Shown one piece after another: positions 45,012 to 53,226 of a DNA stretch of 64,000 bases (within the stretch, counting starts at the first letter, position 1; every line of letters begins with the position of its first letter). The notes under the pieces were generated by a model. The model worked only from the letters and a program-made list of their open reading frames with translations, made no database searches and was not told the origin of the DNA. This stretch comes from Vulcanimicrobiota bacterium. Its GTDB lineage: Bacteria > Vulcanimicrobiota > Vulcanimicrobiia > Vulcanimicrobiales > Vulcanimicrobiaceae. Both the position numbers and the translations under genes were made by a program. The DNA lies in the NCBI GenBank assembly GCA_963695225.1, contig OY968762.1, positions 2,464,001 to 2,528,000 of the forward strand. Direction: 5' to 3'.

Positions 45012-45117
45012 GAAGACCCATCGCGACGAGACGCCCGGTCGACAAGTCGCGTGAGGGAGCGTCTTTCAGATACCAGCGGAGTTAGTGGGCAGTATCTGTG
45101 CCTGGCACCTGCTACAG

Positions 45118-45684
45118 CTAGAGTGGATTCTGCGCGTAGCGTGCAATGATGCTCGAGCCCGCGAGCGTATGGCCCTTGAGGGCGGCAGTCAGCGCGTCGC
45201 GCGTCAATCCGGGAGCGAGCGCGTCCGGCGCGAGGTCCGTCGCGATCACGGTGTAGACGTAGTGATGCGGTGCGTCCCCCTTGGGCGGACAGTAGCCTAA
45301 GAAGCCTAGCTGATTCTTGAGGTTTATTCCCGACACATATTGGGCGGGCGTCTGCGAGCCGAAGCCCGCCGGCACGGCCGAGACCGTTGCGGGGATTCCA
45401 TAGGCGATCCAGTGGGGGGCTTCGCCCGCACGGCCCCAGTTATCGACGTCGATGAGAAGGATGACAAAGCTCTTGGCCGCCGCAGGCGTGCCGGCCCAAG
45501 CCAGGGCCGGCGAGGTACTGGTGCCCCCTCCGCAGGCTTGCTGCGCACCGGCGAGCGGTGCTTGAGCGTTGTCTTCAAAACCGGGCGAGGTCACGACGAA
45601 GGCTGCGCGCGCCGCAAGCGGCGTCGCGACGCAGAGGAGGAGGGACAGAACGGCGCGTTTCAGCATCGCATTCCTCCAATACAA
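45118..45684 (-). CDS. YbhB/YbcL (PEBP/RKIP) family exported protein
   Basis: Signal peptide; SPALAW, HWIAYGIP, GYCPP, HHYVYTVIA. Confidence 0.88.
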   Translation of the reverse strand: MYWRNAMLKRAVLSLLLCVATPLAARAAFVVTSPGFEDNAQAPLAGAQQACGGGTSTSPALAWAGTPAAAKSFVILLIDVDNWGRAGEAPHWIAYGIPATVSAVPAGFGSQTPAQYVSGINLKNQLGFLGYCPPKGDAPHHYVYTVIATDLAPDALAPGLTRDALTAALKGHTLAGSSIIARYAQNPL

Positions 45685-45812
45685 GGCGAAAATTCATTTA
45701 CGAACATGCGCCTCGATCTCACGCAAAGTCAACCAAGGTACTCGTGACCTACTACCTAGTTAGTGGATGGATGATGCGCACCGCAATCGGCCGACGTGAA
45801 CAACGATGCTGC

Positions 45813-46211
45813 TCACGACAACAGTTCGAAACCGGCCAGACGCGCCGCCTTTCGATCGAAAGTCGCCGTCGTCGTGCATCCCGCGCGCGCGCCGAGCGCG
45901 CCGATCAGTGCGTCGGCAAAAGCGCCGTGTCCGTCCTTGAGCGCGCTTGCCGCTGCAAATACTTCTTGTTCGCACTCAACGACAAGCGTCTCGGCCTGGA
46001 GCAGCAGTTCGATTGCGCTGGCAACGTCGCGATCGCTTCGACCGTAGGCGCGCTCGAGAACCCACGCCGTCTCCACCATTGCAACGACACTGATGAAGCC
46101 TGGCTCGTCGACCGACAGCCGCCGCTCCATAAGATCGGCCGCTTTTCGCGCTTGCTCCCGGTCGTCTTGCGCGAGGTAGCGAACGAGAACGTTCGTATCG
46201 AGCCCGATCAT
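45813..46211 (-). CDS. vapC: VapC PIN-domain toxin
   Basis: GLDTNVLVR, ETAWVL, FADALI, TFD. Confidence 0.92.
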   Translation of the reverse strand: MIGLDTNVLVRYLAQDDREQARKAADLMERRLSVDEPGFISVVAMVETAWVLERAYGRSDRDVASAIELLLQAETLVVECEQEVFAAASALKDGHGAFADALIGALGARAGCTTTATFDRKAARLAGFELLS

Positions 46212-46456
46212 CGAGCCCTGCGCCGCACACCCGCCGCTCCGGCCGCAATCGCCTCGTCCATCTCCTCGAGCGTCACGGCTTTCGCTCGCTTCGGAACGCA
46301 GCCACGCAGCTTCGCTATGGGGATCTTCGGCAAGATCACGACGCTGCCGTCGGGATGCACGAAGAACTTCACCCGGTCGCCCGCCTTGAGCCCGAGATGT
46401 TCCCGAATCGCTTTCGGAATGGTCGCTTGCCCCTTCGTCGTCAGGGTCGACTCCAT
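46208..46456 (-). CDS. AbrB/MazE-fold antitoxin
   Basis: STLTTKGQATIPKAIREHLGLKAGD; overlaps the toxin start. Confidence 0.92.
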   Translation of the reverse strand: MESTLTTKGQATIPKAIREHLGLKAGDRVKFFVHPDGSVVILPKIPIAKLRGCVPKRAKAVTLEEMDEAIAAGAAGVRRRAR

Positions 46457-46461
46457 GCTGG

Positions 46462-46489
46462 GGTATTACCTACGTAGAATCGTAATACC
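46462..46489. promoter_or_regulatory. Inverted repeat, probable toxin-antitoxin autoregulatory operator
   Basis: GGTATTAC-N12-GTAATACC immediately upstream of the antitoxin start. Confidence 0.65.
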
Positions 46490-46512
46490 TGGCGCTCACC
46501 AGCAAGCCGATT

Positions 46513-46603
46513 GCCGTCGCGATACAGTCCGAATTCAAGCGCGCGCCCGGCGCGCTGCGATGCGATCGGTACGATCATGGGTTCCTCCGAACGTGTGCGG
46601 TCG
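46513..46603. repeat. Direct repeat copy 2 (orphan 5' fragment of the peptidase gene)
   Basis: Minus strand reads MIVPIASQRAGRALEFGLYRDG from 46578, then similarity stops. Confidence 0.92.
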
Positions 46604-46724
46604 AAGGATCTCTACTAAGCGCTCGGTTTCTAAGGGACGAACGAGATGCGCTTGAAGCTCGACGCTCCAGGCGTGGATTGGGCATAGGGGAGATATAGGC
46701 GCGACGCGCGCGAGGGAGGGCCCC

Positions 46725-46925
46725 GTGTCCACTACGACCATCGTCATCATTGTTCTCGTCTTGGTGCTCCTCGGCGGCAGCGGTTTCGGATACTACACGA
46801 TTCGCTCGTCGACGGGAGGCCCGGTGCGCGTCGCAACCGCCAACCCGACGTACGGGATCGGCGGCACGATCGTTACGTTGATCCTGCTCTGGGCATTGCT
46901 CCACTATTTCTTCCACCTCATTTGA
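46725..46925 (+). CDS. Small two-TM membrane protein
   Basis: GGGAGG RBS; two hydrophobic segments with a Gly/Tyr-rich loop. Confidence 0.65.
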   Translation: MSTTTIVIIVLVLVLLGGSGFGYYTIRSSTGGPVRVATANPTYGIGGTIVTLILLWALLHYFFHLI

Positions 46926-47166
46926 GTTTAGGGGTGCCTCGGCGATAGCCCGGATAGCTTCGCCGCGCGCTCCTAAGCCGGCGCCGCGGCCTTCCTCGCC
47001 GCGGCGACCGCGGCGGCAGATGGTGGCGGCGCCAGCGCCCTTGTGTCGGCCGACCGCACAGGGCCAGCTTCACGCCGAACGTACTGAAGTACGAAGTATC
47101 CGCGTCGTTTCTCGCCGATTTCGATTCGCTCAGCGACCGTGAGAAGAGCCTCTTTCTGGCCGCGGT

Positions 47167-47925
47167 CCGCTCGACGGTACGCCGGCGCTCGTCGCGGCGG
47201 TCCGAAGGGCCAAACGGGCGCGCGCTGCCAACGTACTCCTCGGCGGCGGTGATGGGACGATGACTCAAGCGGCGAACGTTCTCGCGCACTCGGAGGTCAC
47301 GGTCGGCGTGCTCCCGCTGGGCACGGGCAATAGTTTCGCGAAGACCATCGGGATCGGCGAAGACGTAGAGCGCGCGATCGAGGTTATCGCGGCCGGGCGG
47401 ACGACTGAGGTCGATCTCGGCGTCGTGAACAAGCGCTATTTTGTGAATTTTGCCACGATCGGCTTCGCCGCGCAGGTGGCGAAATCGACGGACCACGGCC
47501 TCAAATCGGCGATCGGACCGCTGGCCTACGTCACGGCCGCGATCGGCCAGCTATCCCGCGAGCGCGGCTTTCGGGCCAAAGTGCGATCGAAGCATGCGTC
47601 ATTGGGTATTCGCACGCAGCAGCTTATCGTGGTCAACGGCCGCCACTTCGGAAATCAACCGATAACGCCGGACGCGACTGATCAGGACGGCCTCTTGCGC
47701 GTGTTCGTCACCGAGGGAACGAGCCGCTTTGAATTGCTGAAGACGTACGCTGCGCTGGCGACCGGACTGGGCGGCGTTTTGCCGGAAGCGCACCTGCTCA
47801 CGGGCAAGAAATTTCTGATCCGGACGAAGCCGAGACAGGAAATCAATATCGACGGGGATTCACTCGGCCGCACGCCGGCCCACTTCTCGGTCGAGCGTCG
47901 CGCGCTCCGCGTTTTTGTACCTTAA
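47167..47925 (+). pseudogene. 5'-truncated diacylglycerol/lipid kinase (YegS/DgkB family)
   Basis: GGGDGT, LPLGTGNSFA, NIDGD present; in-frame TGA at 47140 and no N-terminal NPxSG segment. Confidence 0.7.
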
Positions 47926-48234
47926 CGCGGCGGCCCGCGTCCTCCGGATGCTTGCGCGCGTGTTGGGCGATGCCGTCCGGCGACGGCGCCGGCCATGTCG
48001 CCGGCACGCATGATGGCGTGTCGCGATGCTTATCGCGAAATGAGATGCGCTTTCGGAAGTAGCGCGGTTCGCGTTTCGAACCTTCGCGCGGAGCGCGCCG
48101 CGCGCGTTCGATCGCAGCCGGTCTCGAGGCGATGCGATGCTAGGAATGACTAAACAAAACACTAGGAATGGCGAATGACAAAATGCACATAGCTCGGCGG
48201 AAATAAGCTTCCGATCCGCGAATAACCGGCGCAA

Positions 48235-51200
48235 ATGAGATACCCTGGCATACCCTCAGTCATCAACGGCAACGGCGCCGTTGCTTACGTCATGGGCCAC
48301 GTCTGCGGCGGCGTCATCGGTTATCCGATCACCCCGTCGACCGAGATCTCGGAGATCTACGAGGCGTTCCGCGCGGCAGGCGGAGTGAACGTCTGGGGCA
48401 AGCACCCGTTCTTCTTCGAGCCGGAAGGCGAACACTCGGCGCAGAGCGGCGCGCTCGGCGCGGCGCTGACGGGCGGCAAGTTCGTATCGAATGCGTCGTC
48501 GAGTCAGGGCATCTTGTACGGGCTCGAATCGCACTACGTCACGGTCGGCAAGAAGGTCGGCGGTTTCGTCCTCCAAGTCGCCGCGCGCGTCGTGTCGAAG
48601 CACTCGCTGAACGTGATGGCCGGGCACGACGACGTCTACGCGTTGCTGCCGTCGGGATACACGATGCTGTTCGGGAGCAATCCGCAAGAAGCGGCCGACC
48701 TCGCGGCGATCGCGTACAAGGTCAGCGCGCTCTCGTTGATCCCGGTCGCGAACGCGATGGACGGCTTCGCCACGAGCCACATGCTCAGCGAGATGCTCCT
48801 CCCCGAACCCGAACTGCTCAAGGAATTTCTCGGGGACCCCGCGGGCCGCATCAAAGCGCCGACGGTCGCCCAGGAGATCCTGTTCGGAGCGAAGGGGCGC
48901 GTCTTCCAGCTCAAGCAGTATCTCGCGCGGCACGAGGCGGATATCGCGCCCGCAGACTTGGCGAAGGTCCAGGCCTATCTCGACGGCGTCGCGGAGCAGA
49001 TCGAAGAGGATAACGCCGGCGATCTGATCGGCGCCACGCTCGAGTGGTTCCCCGAAGAGTTGCGCGCGCAGTGGCGCCGCCAATGGCTCAACGCTCCGCA
49101 GAAGGGGACGCGCCGGCTCGTCCCCGCGCTCGTCGACGTCAACAACCCCGGGCTTACCGGCGGCGTTCAAAACCAGGCGGATTTCCAGGCGGGCGCCGCC
49201 GACCACCGGACGCACTTCGCGAGCGAGGTGCCGCAATTCGTACGCCGCGCGATGCAGGAATACGGCGAGTTGACCGGCCGCGAATACAGCCCGGTCAAGA
49301 CGTTCCTCTGCGACGACGCCGAGACGGTGTTGGTCGGCCTCGGCTCGGTCACCGACGATGCCGAGGCGGTCGCGACGTATCTGCGCTCGCAAGGGAAGAA
49401 AGTGGGCGTCGTCTCGATCAAGCTCCTCAACCCGTTCCCCGAAGGGGATTTGGTTGCGGCGCTGGCGGGGAAGAAGGCCGTCACCGTCCTCGAGCGCTCG
49501 GAAGTGACCGCGTTGACGAACCTCGTGACGCAAGCGCTCTGCAAGGCGCGCGAAAACGGCGATCTCGTGCGGCATGCCGGCATTCCGCCGATCGTCGCGC
49601 TGCCGAAGATCACGACCGCGATCTTCGGCCTGGGCGCGCACGATCTCCAGCCGCGCCATCTGATCGCCGCCTACAAGAACATGGAGAGCGAGAACAGCGC
49701 GCCGTTCGTGTACCTCGGCTCGCAGTTCTTCTCAGCCGACGCCACGCCGCGCGTCGCCGCGCTGCAGGACAAGCTCAAGGTCGCGTATCCCGAGACCGAG
49801 TTCATGGCCCTGGCGACGGAGCCGAACCCGCACTTGCTGCCGGCCTCGGCGTTCCGCGTGCGCTTCCATTCCGTCGGCGGCTACGGCACGGTTGCGACCG
49901 GGAAGCTCCTGACCGACATCCTCGGGGGGGTGCTCGGCCTCCATTCGAAGTCCGCGCCGAAATACGGTTCCGAAAAGAGCGGCGCACCGACGAACTACTA
50001 CATCACGCTGAGCCCCGAAGCGGTCAAGATCACGAACGCCGAACTCGAAGAAGTCGAGATCGTCGTCTCGGCGGACCACAAGGTGTTCAGCCACACGAAC
50101 CCGCTGCTCGGGCTCGCGCCGGAAGGCACGTTCATCCTGCAGTCGGGCCACGCGCCGCTGGACGTCTGGAAAGAGCTTCCCGCGCACGCGCGCAAGACGA
50201 TCCGCGAACGGCGGATCCGCTTCTTCGTCGTCGACGGGTTCGCCGTCGCGCGCAAGCACGCGCCGACGCCGGACTTGGAAGTGCGCATGATGGGCATCGC
50301 GTTCATCGGCGCCGTTTGCGGGCACGTCGACCGCGTCGTCGCGGACGCATCGCAGGCCGCGATCCTCGCGAAGATCCGCCAGCAGATCACGAAGAAGTTC
50401 GGCGCCAAGGGCGGTAAGATCGTCGAGAGCAACATGGAGGTGATCCGCGAGGGGCTCGAAGCGACGATGCGCGTCGACTACGAAGACCCCGAGTTCGAGC
50501 GCGTCGAGAACACGATCGTCCTGCACGCGGCGCGCGGCGCCGGCGTCTCGGCGGCGATGGTGACGTCGACCGGCCCGTCGATGAGCTGCGGCTTCTTCGA
50601 CCGCGAGTTCTACGCGGACGTCGTTGCCGACCGCTTCAAGGACGGGACGATCTCAGAGGCCCCCGTGATCCCCGGCACCGGCATGTTCATGCCGCCGGGA
50701 AGCGCCGCGTGGAAGGACAAGGGGCTCTTCCGCCTGACGGTCCCCGAATACGACGCGAGCCTGTGCACCGGGTGCATGGAGTGCGCGCTCGTCTGCCCCG
50801 ATGCCGCGATCCCGAACACCGTGCACGAGATCCACGACCTCCTGATCACGGCGCTCAAGCAACTCGACGTCACGGACCAACTCCGCGAGCAGATGCGCGG
50901 GTACGTCGTCCAGCTCGCCGGCGCGATTCGCGAAGCCTACCGGCAACTTCCGAGCAAGGATCCGACGACGTTCCGCGAGATCCTCGCCGGCGCGGTCGAG
51001 GGCCTCAACCTCGAGAGCGCGACGTTGCGGCGCAACTTCGCGAAGATGGTCGAGGTGCTCTCGGACTTCCCCGTCGCCAAGACGCGGCCGTTCTTCGACG
51101 CGCAGGAAAAGGCGGTTTCGGGGACCGGCGGGCTCTATTCGGTCGTGATCGACCCGTGGAAGTGTAGCGGCTGTCTCGAGTGCATCGACGTCTGCGGACC

Positions 51201-53226
51201 GGGCGCGCTCGTCGCCCGCCGGCAGGATGCCGAGATGCTCGAGTCGCTCCAAGGCCGCTTGGAGCTGCTCGGCAAGCTCTCGAACACGCCCGCGCGCTTC
51301 ACGGAGAACGCGACCCGCCCCGAAGGCGAAACCAAGCGCCTCATCCTCGATCGCGAGAACTACTACGCGATGACGGGCGGGCACGGCGCCTGCCGCGGTT
51401 GCGGCGAGGTCACGGCGATCCGCCTGGTGACCGCCGCGAACCGGGCGATCTTCCAGAAGCGCCGCAAGGAGCACATCCGCGAGTTGGAGACGCTGATCGA
51501 ACGCTTGAGCGCGAAGCTCGAGCGCGTCGCGGAAGACGAACACGATCCGCAACGGCGCGAGCGCATCGGGCGCACGCTCCGCACGCTCGAGAAGCGGTTG
51601 TACGAATTCGAAAGCGGCCCGACGGGGAACGGCCCCGCCCCCGCAGCGATCGCGAACGCGACCGGTTGCAGCAGCGTCTACGCCTCGACGTTCCCGTTCA
51701 ACCCCTACAACGTCCCGTGGGTGAACAGCCTCTTCCAGGACTCGGCGCCGGTTGCCAAGGGCCTCTTCGAGGGCTTCACGGCGGAGGCGGTCGAGGACTT
51801 CCGCGCGCTCCGCATCGCGAAGCTCGATCTCGACGATCACTACGACCCCGAGACGCACGATGCGTACTTCAAGTACTTCCGCTGGACGCAGTTCTCCGAG
51901 GAAGAACTCGGCCTGCTGCCGGCGGTCATCACGATCGGCGGCGACGGCGCGACGTACGACATCGGCTTCGGCGCGCTCTCGCGCATCCTCGTGACCGATA
52001 CGCCGATCAAGGTCGTCGTGCTCAACACGGGCGCGTATTCGAACACCGGCGGCCAGGCGTCGACGGCGAGCTTCACCGCGCAGGATTCGGATCTCACGCG
52101 CGTCGGCGCGACGCACAGCGGCAAGCAAGAGCAACGCAAGGAGCTCGGGCTGATCGCGGCGTTCCATCCGAACGTCTTCGTGGCGCAGACGAACACCGCG
52201 CTGCAGGGCCACTACCTCAAGAACGTCATGGAGTTCTTGAACTACACGGCCTCGCCCGCCGTCCTCGACGTCTACACGCCGTGCCAATCGGAACAAGGCA
52301 TCGCGGACGACGCCGCCAACCGCCGCGCGCGGCTGGCGACGGAGAGCCGGATGAGCCCCGTGTTCGTGCACGATCCGCGCCGCGGCGAGACGCTCGCGGA
52401 GCGCTTCTCCCTCGAAGGCAACCCCGATACCGATAAGGACTGGACGACGACGACGCTCGAGTATCTCGACGCCGACGGGCAGCCCGCGCTGATGACGATC
52501 CCGCTGACTCCCGCCGATTTCGCGTATCGCGAGGGCCGCTTCGCGAAGCACTTCCGCCGGGTCGACCCCACCGCAAGCGTGGTTCCGGTGCATGAGTACT
52601 TGGATCTGGGCGTCGAGGAGCGGTACGGCAAGACGCCGTTCATTTGGGCGACGAATCAGGAACACCGGCTCGTCAAGCTCGCGGTCTCCCCGACGGTCGT
52701 CGAACTCGTGGCGGAGCGGCGCCGGAACTGGCGGATGCTCCAATACCTGACGGGGCTGCACGTCGAGCGCCTCCGCGAAACGCATCGCGAAACGCTCGCG
52801 AGTTGGCAGCGGCGCGTCGAAGAATCCGCTGAGGAACGCGAACTCTCGATCGATACGATCGCCCGCGCGATGTCGGAGGTCGCGGCAGCCTCGCAGGCGC
52901 CGCCCGCCGAACAGGCGCGCCCCACGATCGTGACGCCGGCGCTCGCCGCAAAGACCGCGTCGGCCCAGGCTGCCCCGGCGAAGAACGGAAGCCGGCCGCT
53001 GGTCTCGATCGCGGAAGAGGACATGCCCAAGTGCACGAACTGCAAGACCTGCTATCAGGACATGGGCGAGATCTTCGAAAAGACCCGGATCGTCGTAGGC
53101 GGCGTCACCAAGGAGGTGAGCCGCGTCATCCCGGGCGCGCTCGACAAGCTCGCGATCACGCCCGAACTGATCCGCCGCGCAACCCGCGTCGCCGCCGATT
53201 GCGACGCTGAAATCATCATCCGATGA
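48235..53226 (+). CDS. Single-chain pyruvate/2-oxoacid:ferredoxin oxidoreductase
   Basis: GYPITPS, CTGCMECALVCP, CSGCLECIDVC, ACRGCGE, NATGCSSVY, GGDGATYDIG; extra C-terminal CTNCKTC...C. Confidence 0.93.
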   Translation: MRYPGIPSVINGNGAVAYVMGHVCGGVIGYPITPSTEISEIYEAFRAAGGVNVWGKHPFFFEPEGEHSAQSGALGAALTGGKFVSNASSSQGILYGLESHYVTVGKKVGGFVLQVAARVVSKHSLNVMAGHDDVYALLPSGYTMLFGSNPQEAADLAAIAYKVSALSLIPVANAMDGFATSHMLSEMLLPEPELLKEFLGDPAGRIKAPTVAQEILFGAKGRVFQLKQYLARHEADIAPADLAKVQAYLDGVAEQIEEDNAGDLIGATLEWFPEELRAQWRRQWLNAPQKGTRRLVPALVDVNNPGLTGGVQNQADFQAGAADHRTHFASEVPQFVRRAMQEYGELTGREYSPVKTFLCDDAETVLVGLGSVTDDAEAVATYLRSQGKKVGVVSIKLLNPFPEGDLVAALAGKKAVTVLERSEVTALTNLVTQALCKARENGDLVRHAGIPPIVALPKITTAIFGLGAHDLQPRHLIAAYKNMESENSAPFVYLGSQFFSADATPRVAALQDKLKVAYPETEFMALATEPNPHLLPASAFRVRFHSVGGYGTVATGKLLTDILGGVLGLHSKSAPKYGSEKSGAPTNYYITLSPEAVKITNAELEEVEIVVSADHKVFSHTNPLLGLAPEGTFILQSGHAPLDVWKELPAHARKTIRERRIRFFVVDGFAVARKHAPTPDLEVRMMGIAFIGAVCGHVDRVVADASQAAILAKIRQQITKKFGAKGGKIVESNMEVIREGLEATMRVDYEDPEFERVENTIVLHAARGAGVSAAMVTSTGPSMSCGFFDREFYADVVADRFKDGTISEAPVIPGTGMFMPPGSAAWKDKGLFRLTVPEYDASLCTGCMECALVCPDAAIPNTVHEIHDLLITALKQLDVTDQLREQMRGYVVQLAGAIREAYRQLPSKDPTTFREILAGAVEGLNLESATLRRNFAKMVEVLSDFPVAKTRPFFDAQEKAVSGTGGLYSVVIDPWKCSGCLECIDVCGPGALVARRQDAEMLESLQGRLELLGKLSNTPARFTENATRPEGETKRLILDRENYYAMTGGHGACRGCGEVTAIRLVTAANRAIFQKRRKEHIRELETLIERLSAKLERVAEDEHDPQRRERIGRTLRTLEKRLYEFESGPTGNGPAPAAIANATGCSSVYASTFPFNPYNVPWVNSLFQDSAPVAKGLFEGFTAEAVEDFRALRIAKLDLDDHYDPETHDAYFKYFRWTQFSEEELGLLPAVITIGGDGATYDIGFGALSRILVTDTPIKVVVLNTGAYSNTGGQASTASFTAQDSDLTRVGATHSGKQEQRKELGLIAAFHPNVFVAQTNTALQGHYLKNVMEFLNYTASPAVLDVYTPCQSEQGIADDAANRRARLATESRMSPVFVHDPRRGETLAERFSLEGNPDTDKDWTTTTLEYLDADGQPALMTIPLTPADFAYREGRFAKHFRRVDPTASVVPVHEYLDLGVEERYGKTPFIWATNQEHRLVKLAVSPTVVELVAERRRNWRMLQYLTGLHVERLRETHRETLASWQRRVEESAEERELSIDTIARAMSEVAAASQAPPAEQARPTIVTPALAAKTASAQAAPAKNGSRPLVSIAEEDMPKCTNCKTCYQDMGEIFEKTRIVVGGVTKEVSRVIPGALDKLAITPELIRRATRVAADCDAEIIIR

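Noticed and set aside
44921..46603. Insertion sequence or prophage
   Set aside because: No transposase, integrase, terminal inverted repeats or phage genes between the direct repeats.
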